A stretch of DNA of 64,000 bases. It comes from Archangium sp. Its GTDB lineage: Bacteria > Myxococcota > Myxococcia > Myxococcales > Myxococcaceae. Positions 47,303-57,190 of the stretch are shown here, in pieces (position 1 is the stretch's first letter; every line of letters begins with the position of its first letter). The DNA lies in NCBI GenBank assembly GCA_031367385.1, contig JANLPS010000019.1:1-64000 (forward strand). Reading direction: 5' to 3'. The notes beneath the pieces were generated by a model. The model made no database searches. It was not told the DNA's origin and saw nothing but the letters and a program-made list of their open reading frames with translations. Position numbers and translations under genes: made by a program.

Positions 47303-48622
47303 ATGAGCGTTTCATCGGTCGGGCAAGCGGGCAGCGCAGGTGAGGTCGTCGAGCTCGAGAATGACGACGCGCCCCCGGCGCCGGCGGTGGCTGACGCGGC
47401 ACCGGCCGTTCAAGAGAGCGGCTTCGACGACGCCAGGGCCCAGACGCTGGTGCTCAACCCCCAGGCGCCGCTGCTCGAGGTCGTCGATCGCTCGTCTATC
47501 GACTCCGAGGGCAAGAAGAAGGGCACCAACGACGACTCGATTGGCGATGGGCGCACCATCGGCAGCCGGCGTACTGACGTCATACCCACCATGGTTGCGA
47601 CGGGGCCCGTCGACGTCGCTGCGGTGACCGAGGGGTTGTCTGACGCCGCGAAAGAACAGGTGACCAAGCTGTTGGCCGACCCGGCGACGGCGAGCGACGC
47701 GTCGTACGCGTTCACCTCGGCGACGTTCGGCAAGCTCGAGGCTGATCAGCGCGAAAAATTCGTCGACATCATGGCGACTGGTGGCCCCCGCGCGACGCAG
47801 CTGTTGGCGATGGGGTGCGAGATCTGCGGTGACATCTCGTCTCTGCGCGCATGCGACGGGTCGACCGTGCTCGACAACCTCGACAGAATGGTGAAGCGCC
47901 CCGACCTCGCCCCCTATGTGGCCGACGTGCTGGCCGACATGGTGCTCCCGGAGCGCATCTGGCAGGGCAAGGCGCCGACCTGTACCGCGGCGACGATGCA
48001 GTTCGAGCTCGCGATGCGGCAGCCCGCCGAATTCAGCCGGCTGATGTGCGGCCTGGCGATCGACGGCTCGGTGAAAATGGCGGGCGGGGGTACGCTCGAG
48101 ACCCAGCCCGGCGCGGCGCTCAACGGCAGCATCGTCGCCGGCGACAAGCGCTCTCCGACGGAGGCGGTGTTTCAGGCCGCCCTGATGGAGTTCGCCAACG
48201 GCACCGAGACTTACGACTTCAACAAGATGCAGAGCACCACCGCGAATGGCTCTACGCACCGCGGCCTCAATGGTGATCAGATTCAAACCGCGCTCACGAA
48301 CCTCTTCAACGTGAGCTACCGCACCACCAAGACCACCACCCCCGAGGAAGCCGTTGGGGCGCTGAAAAGCCTGAGCCGGGGCGTCAGCGCCAACCGCCCG
48401 GTGCTGATCGACCTGGTGGTTGACGACACCACGAACCATTGCGTGGCCTTCGAGGGGCTCAACAATGGGCGCATTCAGCTGCGCGACCCAGAGACCGGCG
48501 AGCGTACCAGCCTCTCGACCCAAGAGTTCTTGGAGCAAGTCGCCGCAGTGCACGTCGCTCCGCTGCGGCGCGTGACCCGCAATGACCCGGTCACCGAGAA
48601 CGGGCGAATCTTCATTCAGTAA
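47303..48622 (+). CDS. Hypothetical protein with a C-terminal papain-like cysteine-peptidase fold and a disordered N-terminus
   Basis: WQGKAPTCTAATMQ (Gln, Cys), NHCVAF (His), LRDP (Asp); GGAGG RBS; no Sec signal. Confidence 0.7.
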   Translation: MSVSSVGQAGSAGEVVELENDDAPPAPAVADAAPAVQESGFDDARAQTLVLNPQAPLLEVVDRSSIDSEGKKKGTNDDSIGDGRTIGSRRTDVIPTMVATGPVDVAAVTEGLSDAAKEQVTKLLADPATASDASYAFTSATFGKLEADQREKFVDIMATGGPRATQLLAMGCEICGDISSLRACDGSTVLDNLDRMVKRPDLAPYVADVLADMVLPERIWQGKAPTCTAATMQFELAMRQPAEFSRLMCGLAIDGSVKMAGGGTLETQPGAALNGSIVAGDKRSPTEAVFQAALMEFANGTETYDFNKMQSTTANGSTHRGLNGDQIQTALTNLFNVSYRTTKTTTPEEAVGALKSLSRGVSANRPVLIDLVVDDTTNHCVAFEGLNNGRIQLRDPETGERTSLSTQEFLEQVAAVHVAPLRRVTRNDPVTENGRIFIQ

Positions 48623-48713
48623 AGAGGAGAAAAGGGACGGTCGAAGGTCGGTGGTGTCGAGCTGAGTAGGAAGAAGTTTCTCATTCTCTCTTACTCCGCG
48701 AGCCCCACCCACC

Positions 48714-50774
48714 ATGGACATTTCGGCCACCAGCAGCGTCACCCGCCCCATCGCCTCTGAAGTCGTCGACGCAGCGCCCGACACCGCGGCGACGACGGCG
48801 ACGCAGCCCGCCGACTCCAGCGCTGCGAGCAGCTTCGCCACCGCCAAAGACGTGCCGGTGGTGCTCGACGCGCAGGCAGACGCGCTGACCGTGTCGGCCG
48901 ATTCGCCCAGCTACCGGGTCTCGTGCTCGGGAGGCACCTTGATCGCGACTGGTGATGCGCAACCGGGGCAAAGCCAGGGCGCCAAAGACGCGTACGCCAC
49001 GATGCAGTTCACCGAGACCCACGTCGAGTCGAAAGAATACCAGGCGCTCACCTGGGCCTTCGACGGCGCGCCCGACAAGCAGCTGGCCACCCAGGTCAAG
49101 GCCGACGCGCTGGCGTACCTCGAGAAGACGCCGGGCCTCAAAGACGCGTGTGACGCGGCGGTCGTCGCGTGTGGTGCGGTGCCCTCGAAAGTCGAAGGCT
49201 TCAAAGTCGACTTCGCGCTCAATCACTTCGAGAACGTCGGCGCCGCGAAGGGCCTGAAGTGGGGTGAGACCGAGAAGCAGGTCAAAGACATGCTGAAGAC
49301 GAGCCGGGCAGAGGCTGCCGAGAAGAAGATCACGGTGCTCGACACCAAGGGTGGCAACGGCCAGAAGATCAGCGGCTACGTGGTCGCGAACGATCGCAAG
49401 GTCGTCAACATGGACGGCTCGAACAACACCATCGACATGTGCAGCGTGCCGTTCCCCCGGCCCTCGGGGCACTCCGATGCGATTCTCGGTGGCAATCACA
49501 ACTCGGGTCAGGTCGACATGGTCGGCACCGTGCTGATCAGGGCCGGCAGCGAAAACACGTGGACGGTGAAAGACCCCTCGCAGCGCCCCGCGCTGAACCC
49601 TCCCGCGACCGAGGTGGCCGGGTTGATCAAGCCCGAGCTTGCCGCCGCCGCCAAGAAATCGAGCATCGTGCTCGAGGGCAACTCGGCTGACTGGTCGGTG
49701 CTCGCCAACGGCGCGACCGCGACCTACACGAATACCAAGACCAAGACCTCGGTGTGCATACCCGCCGGGGCGCAAGGCCAGGTCTCGTACGCAGCCTCCT
49801 CGGCGCTCGACAAGATGGCGGCTGACCTGAAGGCCGGCGTGAAGCCAGCCGAGGTCTCGGTGTGCCTCGACCCGAACACCATCACCAAGCCCAAGCCGAA
49901 GACGGTGACGCCTCCCACCGACGGAGGCCCTGAGCCGACCAGCACGCCGGTCACGAGCAAGCCCGGGCCGGCCGTTGAGTCGCAGCCAGAGCTGAGCGCC
50001 TCATTCGACCAACTGTTGTCGTCGGTGCCCCCGAAGATGGCGAAGCGGTTAATCTTGGCGTGGCTCAAGAAAATGGGCATCACGCCGAACCCTGACGGCA
50101 CGCTGGCCTCATTGAAAGAGCAGCTGGCGGGCCTCATGAAGAGCGTCGGCCCAGCGAAGGCGGCGATCATCGAGAACTCGATTCGCCGCGAGGCCAAGAA
50201 AGAAATGGCCATGCTGCCCAAGTCGCCAGAGAAGCTGCTCCAGCCCTTGAGCAAAGCGCCGGTCAGCACCACCGCGACGACGCCCACCACCACCTCGAAG
50301 ACCTCGCCCTTCTACGACCCCTACGCGATGGCCGGCCAGCCGACGACCGAGCAGCTGGTGGCGGCGCAGGCGAAGGCCAACCTCGAGCCAGACCCGGTGA
50401 AGCGCGCGGCGATGCTGCAGACCATCGATGGTGTCTATGAGTCGAAGAAGCAGCACGCGGTCGCGGCGCAGATCGAACAACGCGCGCAGCAAGACAGCGC
50501 CGCGAGAGACATGTGCGGCACTGAAAAAGAGCGAAGCCGTCAGCTGATGACCGACAACGGGCTCAACTCCGCGGCGATCAACCAGGCGATGACGTTGATC
50601 GACGAGCAGTTCCTCGCCGCGAAGATCAACGCGATGGAGCACGGCGTGCCGTTCACCTCGTTCAAGTCGACCGCGGCTGAAGACGCGATCGCCCACGCCC
50701 TGCAGGTGATGCACGCCGACATGGCCCAGACCGGCATCACCGCCGAAGCGTGGATGGCGCGGCAACGCGGGTAG
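48714..50774 (+). CDS. Hypothetical protein with Ser/Thr/Ala-rich N-terminus and Pro/Thr linkers
   Basis: 686 aa ORF with host-like codon usage; no Sec signal; no recognised domain. Confidence 0.75.
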   Translation: MDISATSSVTRPIASEVVDAAPDTAATTATQPADSSAASSFATAKDVPVVLDAQADALTVSADSPSYRVSCSGGTLIATGDAQPGQSQGAKDAYATMQFTETHVESKEYQALTWAFDGAPDKQLATQVKADALAYLEKTPGLKDACDAAVVACGAVPSKVEGFKVDFALNHFENVGAAKGLKWGETEKQVKDMLKTSRAEAAEKKITVLDTKGGNGQKISGYVVANDRKVVNMDGSNNTIDMCSVPFPRPSGHSDAILGGNHNSGQVDMVGTVLIRAGSENTWTVKDPSQRPALNPPATEVAGLIKPELAAAAKKSSIVLEGNSADWSVLANGATATYTNTKTKTSVCIPAGAQGQVSYAASSALDKMAADLKAGVKPAEVSVCLDPNTITKPKPKTVTPPTDGGPEPTSTPVTSKPGPAVESQPELSASFDQLLSSVPPKMAKRLILAWLKKMGITPNPDGTLASLKEQLAGLMKSVGPAKAAIIENSIRREAKKEMAMLPKSPEKLLQPLSKAPVSTTATTPTTTSKTSPFYDPYAMAGQPTTEQLVAAQAKANLEPDPVKRAAMLQTIDGVYESKKQHAVAAQIEQRAQQDSAARDMCGTEKERSRQLMTDNGLNSAAINQAMTLIDEQFLAAKINAMEHGVPFTSFKSTAAEDAIAHALQVMHADMAQTGITAEAWMARQRG

Positions 50775-50850
50775 GCGGGTATGGGACGATCGGTGGTCGG
50801 CGGGTTCGAGTGAAGAGAAGCCCCTTTCATCTTCGCCAGAGGTCGCCCCC

Positions 50851-52212
50851 ATGAAGCTCGCCAGCGCAGCGCTTGTTCTGATGATGGCGACGAGCTGTGA
50901 CTTCGGCGCCGCCATGGTCATCACCACCGATTTCGAGGGAGCGACCGACGCTGGTCGCCGATTCGCCGATGGTGGTGTGCGCGCCGACGCCGGTGCGGGC
51001 GTGGCGGTGCTCGATGCAGGCAGGCGGCCCCAGGTCGACGCGGGCGAGCCAGGGTGTTTTCGCGACGCCGATTGCCGACCGAATTTTCACTGCAAGGGCA
51101 ATGGCGAGTTCGCGGGCGAATGCATCGCCGACCCCGGTACGTGCACCCACACCACCTGTGGCACCTCGTGCGGCACCGTCGCTGACGTCTGCGGCGGTAC
51201 CATTGCGTGCGGCGCGTGCGCCTGCGTGAAGGGCATTTGCGGCAGCTCGTGCGGCGAAATCTCAGACGGGTGCGGCGGCACGCTCGACTGCGGCACCTGC
51301 AACGCCTGCGTCCCGCTCTCCTGTGGCGCCTCGTGCGGCACCATTCCAAATGGGTGTGGGCGACACCTCGACTGTGGCGCGTGCCCCACCTGCTCGGCCA
51401 CCATCGGTAACTACCGCAGCCACACCAGCAACGAAGAATTCATCGACCCTCCGACGGCCGTGGGCGCGCCGGGGCCGATCAGCGGGTTCTCGGCATTGAG
51501 CTCACCAGTGCCAGTCGGAGCCACCACCATCGCGCTGAGCGGGTCGGTGCCGAACGCGCAGACCTGCTGCTGGCAAGTCGAAGGCGCGGCGGGTGGGCTC
51601 ACCACCGGCTCGGTGGCTCCAGGGGTTGACGGCGCGATCTCAGCGACGCTGCCGATCTTCTGCGGCAAGAACACGGTGCGTTTGGTCTGCGGCAACGGCG
51701 CCGGCTCGCGGGTGCTCATTCGCGAGCTCGATGCCCCCTGTCAGCCCAAAGACCTGCGCGTCACCCTCGGGTGGGACGATCAAGGCACCGACATGGAGCT
51801 GCACCTGGTTCGCGACCACGGGCACGTCAATACGGAGCTCGATTGCACCTGGTACACCTGCGTGAACCGCAACATCGGCTGGAGCGCGACGCCGGCCTCG
51901 AACCCGATCAAAGACGTCGATGACGTGACTTACGACGGGCCAGAGAACATCTACCTCGACACCGCAGCGCCCGGCACCTACCACGTGTTGGTCGAATACT
52001 GGGGCAGCGGCGCACCCTCGAAGAACACCATCACCGTCGCGGTTAAAGAGAAGACCGTCGGGTCGATCAGCAGAACGCTGCAAGTGCATGAGGTGTGGTA
52101 CGTCGGCACCGTAACTTTCCCCAGTGGCGCGATTGCGGCGGTCGACACCGTGACCGACTGCGCCGCCAGCTGGCGAAAAACGACGCATGGCTGTGATTTG
52201 ACGCTGCCGTAG
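50851..52212 (+). CDS. Lipoprotein with Cys-rich repeats and a C-terminal DUF2135/YfaP-like domain
   Basis: Lipobox ATSC; DAG linkers; LRVTLGWD…DMELHL…GPENI…GTYHVLVEYW. Confidence 0.8.
   Translation: MKLASAALVLMMATSCDFGAAMVITTDFEGATDAGRRFADGGVRADAGAGVAVLDAGRRPQVDAGEPGCFRDADCRPNFHCKGNGEFAGECIADPGTCTHTTCGTSCGTVADVCGGTIACGACACVKGICGSSCGEISDGCGGTLDCGTCNACVPLSCGASCGTIPNGCGRHLDCGACPTCSATIGNYRSHTSNEEFIDPPTAVGAPGPISGFSALSSPVPVGATTIALSGSVPNAQTCCWQVEGAAGGLTTGSVAPGVDGAISATLPIFCGKNTVRLVCGNGAGSRVLIRELDAPCQPKDLRVTLGWDDQGTDMELHLVRDHGHVNTELDCTWYTCVNRNIGWSATPASNPIKDVDDVTYDGPENIYLDTAAPGTYHVLVEYWGSGAPSKNTITVAVKEKTVGSISRTLQVHEVWYVGTVTFPSGAIAAVDTVTDCAASWRKTTHGCDLTLP
51142..51393 (+). repeat. Three tandem ~28-aa Cys-rich coding repeats
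   Basis: CGTSCGTVADVCGGTIACGAC / CGSSCGEISDGCGGTLDCGTC / CGASCGTIPNGCGRHLDCGAC. Confidence 0.8.
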
Positions 52213-52330
52213 CGATTGTTGCGTCAACTGATGCGGCCGCGGCATCGAAGGCCGAGCCCATGTCACGTCACGTGCGAATCACTCCGATTCTCGAGCAGCG
52301 GTGGGCGTGTTGCTCTACGGTACGCGCCCC

Positions 52331-53050
52331 GTGACCCCCCGGCTCCTCTTCGCTTGCCTGGCATTGGTGACGGCCTCGGGCTGCATCACCGTGTACCAGC
52401 CCTTGGTGTCGCTGCAGCGGCCCTTCGCGGTCGACCCCGAGTTGGCCAACTTCGAGGGCCAGAACATCTTGGTGCGCTGCGTGCCCGGCGACTACGTCGA
52501 GCTGCCCGATGCGCAGCAACTCTGTCAGCAGATGCGCGAGCTCTACGAAGCGCAGAGCGCGAAGGTCGAGACCGATGTACCGCGAAAGAACACGGGGTTT
52601 CTGACCACCAAGTTCAAGCCTGATCTGATCGTCGAGCTGCGCGGCCGGCTCTTGAAACGGGAGACCAGCAATTTTCTGATCAACCTGCTCTTTTTGGCCT
52701 CGGCGTCGCTGATACCCACGACCGAAGAGATCGAGATCGCGCAAGACGTGATCATTCGCGACGCGAGCGGCTTTCAGTTGGCGCAAGACTCGCTGCAGGC
52801 GCGCTTCGTGCGGCAGTACGGGCTGGGCGTGTGGGGCGTCAACGCGCTGGTCGATCTGATCGTGCGACCCAAGAATCAGAAGATCACCGGAGACGGCTAC
52901 CGGAGGGATTTCAGCGCGGATTTTTACGGTCACCTGAGCGAGCTCGCGTTTCATGCCCGCATGCGCTCGGCGATCATGCATGAGTTTGATCAGCCGTTGA
53001 CCGTCGCGCCCCCTGCTTCGACGGCCCCTGTGCCGAAGGCCAAGCCGTGA
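52331..53050 (+). CDS. Lipoprotein; gene 1 of the putative motor operon
   Basis: Lipobox ASGC; internal hydrophobic hairpin LINLLFLASASLIP; GTG start inferred. Confidence 0.75.
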   Translation: MTPRLLFACLALVTASGCITVYQPLVSLQRPFAVDPELANFEGQNILVRCVPGDYVELPDAQQLCQQMRELYEAQSAKVETDVPRKNTGFLTTKFKPDLIVELRGRLLKRETSNFLINLLFLASASLIPTTEEIEIAQDVIIRDASGFQLAQDSLQARFVRQYGLGVWGVNALVDLIVRPKNQKITGDGYRRDFSADFYGHLSELAFHARMRSAIMHEFDQPLTVAPPASTAPVPKAKP

Positions 53051-53676
53051 AGCTGCTGCCGATGGCCCTGGTGTTGAGCGGCTGCGCCTACGACCCGTCA
53101 CCCGGCTTGTCACACACGCGCCGTGAAGCACGAAACTTCGAGTGCCAACGCCTGGGGCAAGAAGAGGCCCACGACCGGTACCCGGGCGACATACCACCGG
53201 TGCCGCCGCGGCAGATGGCGCAGGCGATGACCGAAGCGCTGGTGTGCGAGCCGCGCTTCATTTCAATCGATGATCGCGCCCCGCGTGACGAGGCGATCTT
53301 GTCGACCCTTCGCCGTGATGTCGGGGCACTGACCGAGCTTGCCAGCACCCTCACTCCGGGAGCGCTGGTCTGGCACGTCGATGCGTTTTACCCGGAGCAG
53401 GCGGTGGCCTCGAAGATCTCAATCGCCGCGAAGACCGAGCTGTTCGAGCGCGGCCGCGCGGTGTCAGACCGCGTACCGACCCTGGCCGCCGGAGACATCT
53501 CGGTGCTCAGCCGGCTGCCTCCCAACCAGGCCTATGCGACCGCCTGCACGCGCTATTTCGCGGAGCACGTCTTGGGCGAGCACGACGTTTTTCTCGGGCT
53601 GATGGTGGTCGACCCCCGAGAGACCCAGCTGCACGCGGGCGTCTGCCAGGCCGGCAAGTGGCGGTGGGTGCAATGA
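53047..53676 (+). CDS. Lipoprotein; motor operon gene 2
   Basis: MKLLPMALVLSGC lipobox; GTGA overlap. Confidence 0.8.
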   Translation: MKLLPMALVLSGCAYDPSPGLSHTRREARNFECQRLGQEEAHDRYPGDIPPVPPRQMAQAMTEALVCEPRFISIDDRAPRDEAILSTLRRDVGALTELASTLTPGALVWHVDAFYPEQAVASKISIAAKTELFERGRAVSDRVPTLAAGDISVLSRLPPNQAYATACTRYFAEHVLGEHDVFLGLMVVDPRETQLHAGVCQAGKWRWVQ

Positions 53677-54863
53677 AGCGCGCTCTCTTGGCAATGCTGG
53701 TGTCATCGGTCGCCTTCGCCAACCCCGACCCCAAGACGCCCGACGCGCAGCGAGCGCAGATCGAAGCCGTGCGTGCAGAGATCGCCGCGCAAATTCAACT
53801 GCAAGCCTACGACCTCATCGACGAGCTGGTCTTCGAGTGGCTGCAGAACCCACCCTTTGGCGTGGCCACCCCGCTGGTGTTGGCCGACGTCGGAGTGCCG
53901 GTCAGCTTCGGCAGTGGCCTGCAGGCGCTGATCGAAAATCACCTCACCTCAGTCGTGCTCAAGAACCCGCGCTCGAACGTCGTGCTGACCCACTGCCCGG
54001 CGTGCACCGCGATGGTGGTGCACTCTGGCGCGAAGGGCACGGTGGTCTCGCGCGGGGTCGATTCACCCGAGGCGTTGGCCGAAGCCGGCACCGCCGCACA
54101 AAGCAAGCATGCGTTGTTTCTCGACTTCGAGGTCGAGGGCAGCGCGATGGTCTTGCGCGTGCGAATCACCTCGCTCGAGCCTTCGTTGCCCATCGTCTAC
54201 GCGAAGACGCTGACCACCTCGACCGGCAGCGCCGCCTTGCTGCGTACCGGAGATCGTCTGAAGAGCGCCGCCGACGCGCGCAAAGAATACACCGACATTC
54301 TCGAGAACCGCAGCACCTGGACGATACCGATCAAAGTCGGCGTGAAGACCTACCCGCCGGGCTTTCAAAGCATCCCCGCGCCCCCATTCATTTGGATCAG
54401 CGGGGGCGTCGAGGCGGGCTTCAACCAGGCGCGCGCGTGGTTGGCGAGCTTCTCGGTGGGGGTGAGCTGGGCACCGCAGTCGCACACCGCGTGGTCGGCC
54501 CAAGCGCGCGTCGCCCGGCTGCTCACCGGTACGGTCAGCTCGCTCACGCACCCAGATCTGTACTTCTTTCTCGGCGCGTCGATCGTCTCGGTCTACGGCA
54601 ACTCAGCCCTGTTGTTCTCAGACGATGACGTGAGCATCGACGAGCTCACCAGAATCATCACCAACAACCCCAACCAGACCCCGTCGCGCACGTTCGGCGC
54701 GTTTCAAATCGGCCTCGAGCTTCGGGTGAAGAACCGCATCGGCGTCGGCGTCTACCTCGAGACGATACCCGCGCTGGCCAGTGACAGAAACATCGGCAAC
54801 TACCTGAACCTGGGCCTGCTTCGTTTTCAGACCTTCGGTGCCGAGGTGTCGTTTTGCTTCTGA
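53673..54863 (+). CDS. Secreted protein with CsgG/FlgO/TolB_N-like domain (CPAC) and C-terminal beta-barrel-like region; operon gene 3
   Basis: Signal peptide ending VAFA; HCPAC; amphipathic strands ending FGAEVSFCF with terminal Phe; ATGA overlap. Confidence 0.75.
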   Translation: MKRALLAMLVSSVAFANPDPKTPDAQRAQIEAVRAEIAAQIQLQAYDLIDELVFEWLQNPPFGVATPLVLADVGVPVSFGSGLQALIENHLTSVVLKNPRSNVVLTHCPACTAMVVHSGAKGTVVSRGVDSPEALAEAGTAAQSKHALFLDFEVEGSAMVLRVRITSLEPSLPIVYAKTLTTSTGSAALLRTGDRLKSAADARKEYTDILENRSTWTIPIKVGVKTYPPGFQSIPAPPFIWISGGVEAGFNQARAWLASFSVGVSWAPQSHTAWSAQARVARLLTGTVSSLTHPDLYFFLGASIVSVYGNSALLFSDDDVSIDELTRIITNNPNQTPSRTFGAFQIGLELRVKNRIGVGVYLETIPALASDRNIGNYLNLGLLRFQTFGAEVSFCF

Positions 54864-55834
54864 ACGTTCGGTTGATCTGTGTGTCGGCGCTGGTCCTCGC
54901 TCCGGCGGTGGCCCAGGCGCAACGCGAGATCACCCGCAATGCGTTGCTGCGCTTCGAAGAGACCATGTCGCTGCGCCGCGAAGAAGGGGCGCGCGAGGTC
55001 AAAGAGCTGCTGCCGGCGATCGTGATCAGCGTCACGCCCGCGTTCGAACAGACCCGGGCCTGGTACCCGACCGCCGCCCTGGCCTCGCTGGTGCACGTCT
55101 TCGGAGCCCCCTCGTTGCGCTCGTGCGAGGCCTGCATGGCGCCCCATGCGTACATCGCGAATGGCCGCTTCGAGCAGTCGTCGACCGCGTTGACCGCGGC
55201 CGAAATCACCCGGCTCGATGCGCTGGCGAGAGGTAAGAGCGCTCCCGCGCGAATCGCGATCTGGCTCGACGAAACGACCGAAGGGGTCTCGCTCAAGGTC
55301 ATCGACTTGCAGAACAGCCGCATCGTGATGGCCCAGAACTTCGACCCGAGCTTGAGCGAGCAGGCCCGCACCACCAAGGGGCAGACCTTCGCCGAAGAGC
55401 TCGACCGCCGGCAGCGCGGAGACAGCCTCACCCACACCTTCATCGACGTGGCGCTCTACCCGGGGCAGCACATCTCGCTCGACTGGGCCGAGCAGTGGGG
55501 CGACACCAACGCGAACCTGTCGGGCGTTTCGCTCTCGCTCTTCGACCCCGTGCTGGGCGTTGGCGCCGAATATTTTCGCGTCATACCGCAAGCGTTGAAC
55601 CTGATGGTCGGCGCGAAGGTCTTGCTCAGCGTGCCCACGGCGTTGATTCAAGCCATCGCTGGGTCGAGAGGCCAGGTGCCGACCTTGTTCGACCCGATCA
55701 TCACCGGCGTGTTCATGGTGCGCCTGCCCATCGCCAGCTCGAATTACGGCGTCATTCTCTCGGTCTCGACCAACGGCCGTGTCGGCCTTGGCTTCTCGTT
55801 GATGAACCTCTCATTGCTACCCTTCTTGCCATGA
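54854..55834 (+). CDS. Secreted protein with CsgG/FlgO-like domain (CEAC) and C-terminal beta-strand region; operon gene 4
   Basis: Signal peptide ending AQA; SCEAC; VSLKVIDLQNSRIVMAQ; amphipathic C-terminal strands. Confidence 0.75.
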   Translation: MLLNVRLICVSALVLAPAVAQAQREITRNALLRFEETMSLRREEGAREVKELLPAIVISVTPAFEQTRAWYPTAALASLVHVFGAPSLRSCEACMAPHAYIANGRFEQSSTALTAAEITRLDALARGKSAPARIAIWLDETTEGVSLKVIDLQNSRIVMAQNFDPSLSEQARTTKGQTFAEELDRRQRGDSLTHTFIDVALYPGQHISLDWAEQWGDTNANLSGVSLSLFDPVLGVGAEYFRVIPQALNLMVGAKVLLSVPTALIQAIAGSRGQVPTLFDPIITGVFMVRLPIASSNYGVILSVSTNGRVGLGFSLMNLSLLPFLP

Positions 55835-56466
55835 ACCGACTCCTGCTTTTCACCGTGGCGGCGATGTGCGCCTCTGGCTGCGCGGCACGAAATTACACCT
55901 ACTTTCTGGTCGACCCGAACCCGCAGCGGCACCCTGCGCTCAAAGAAGAGGGCACGCTGATGCGGCCCTTCGCGTACGGCTCGACCACCGTGATGAAGGT
56001 CAGGTGGAACGACGGCAACCTGATCACCGAGGTCGACGTGCCGGTGATGGCCTCGGGTCAGCGAATCGTGATCGAGCACGGCGCGGGCAGCAGCGAGGTG
56101 AAGACGATACCGGCGATGCGGGTGGTGCCTCCGACGCCGACGCCGGCTGACACGGCGTTGATCGAGGCGTACCGCGCGCGTGGGTTGCGCATCAACGAAG
56201 ACGCACCCGACGTGAGCATCATTCGCGCCCGCACCGAGATGCAAGACGCGATCAAGACCGGCAACTACCAGATCGCCCTCGAGTGGGCCGAGACGGTGCT
56301 GCAGCGCTACAAGTCGCACCCCGAATTCTTACGAGCCAAGGCCTCGCTGCTGTTGATGATGGGCGAGCGCGACAAGGCGATTGAAGTGTACGAGCAGGTC
56401 GAGGGCATCGAGAGCGACCCTGCTGTTCGAAAGAAACTCGAAGAGCTGCAACGCCAGCAGAAGTAG
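55831..56466 (+). CDS. Lipoprotein with C-terminal TPR; operon gene 5
   Basis: Lipobox ASGC; GNYQIAL…HPEFLRAKASLLLMMGERDKAIEVYEQ TPR pattern; ATGA overlap. Confidence 0.8.
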   Translation: MNRLLLFTVAAMCASGCAARNYTYFLVDPNPQRHPALKEEGTLMRPFAYGSTTVMKVRWNDGNLITEVDVPVMASGQRIVIEHGAGSSEVKTIPAMRVVPPTPTPADTALIEAYRARGLRINEDAPDVSIIRARTEMQDAIKTGNYQIALEWAETVLQRYKSHPEFLRAKASLLLMMGERDKAIEVYEQVEGIESDPAVRKKLEELQRQQK

Positions 56467-56476
56467 GAGAAACGTC

Positions 56477-57187
56477 ATGCAGATCATTGGTCTCGTCATG
56501 TTGGGGTTCATCGTGTGGTTCGGGTTCACCGACCGCACTGGCAGCGGCGTCATCTCGGCGTTCGACTCGCACGCATTCGTGATGGTGCTGGTCGGCTCGG
56601 CTGCGGCGGTGATGGTCAGCTCGACCGGCAAGACCGCCTTGCGCACGATCACCGCGCTGCGAGAATTGATCCCCGGGTTTCGGCTCTTTGGGCGGGTCAC
56701 TTCGGCGATGGAGGCCGAGCGTGAAGCGGTCTGCGCGGCCTGGCGAGAAGGCAAGCGCAGCCAGGCGTTGGCCATCGCCGAGCGCAGCACCTACCCGGCG
56801 GTGAAGCAGGTCGCCGAGCTGCTGCTCACTCGCTCACCCGCGGTCGCCAGCGCGAAGGTGTTTCTCGAATTGCGTCACGGCGAGATCAGCTTCTGGCAGC
56901 CGCCGATCAACAACTGGGAGATGCTCTCGAAGCTCGGCCCCTCGTTCGGCATGGTCGGTACCATCACCGGCATGATTCAGCTCTTTCGAAACATGAGCTC
57001 AGACAATTTGAACATCGGCGCGGCAATGTCACTCGCGTTGCTGGCCACCTTGTACGGAGTCGCATTCGGCGCCGGCGTCGCCGCCCCCATCGGGCACTAC
57101 TTGAACGGCTTGCTCGACGAGCGGCTCGGGTTTCTCGAGCGCTGCGAAACCAGCGTCAATGAGCTCGTCGCCCGCGGAGCCATCTAA
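56477..57187 (+). CDS. motA: MotA/PomA-type stator subunit in a non-flagellar context
   Basis: N-terminal TMs with FDSHAFVMVLVGS; GPSFGMVGTITGMI; IGAAMSLALLATLYG; AGGAGA RBS. Confidence 0.88.
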   Translation: MQIIGLVMLGFIVWFGFTDRTGSGVISAFDSHAFVMVLVGSAAAVMVSSTGKTALRTITALRELIPGFRLFGRVTSAMEAEREAVCAAWREGKRSQALAIAERSTYPAVKQVAELLLTRSPAVASAKVFLELRHGEISFWQPPINNWEMLSKLGPSFGMVGTITGMIQLFRNMSSDNLNIGAAMSLALLATLYGVAFGAGVAAPIGHYLNGLLDERLGFLERCETSVNELVARGAI

Positions 57188-57190
57188 CCC

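Noticed and set aside
47312..49775. Long - strand ORFs 47312-48847 and 48681-49775
   Set aside because: Antisense to + strand genes that have better coding character, an RBS and motifs.
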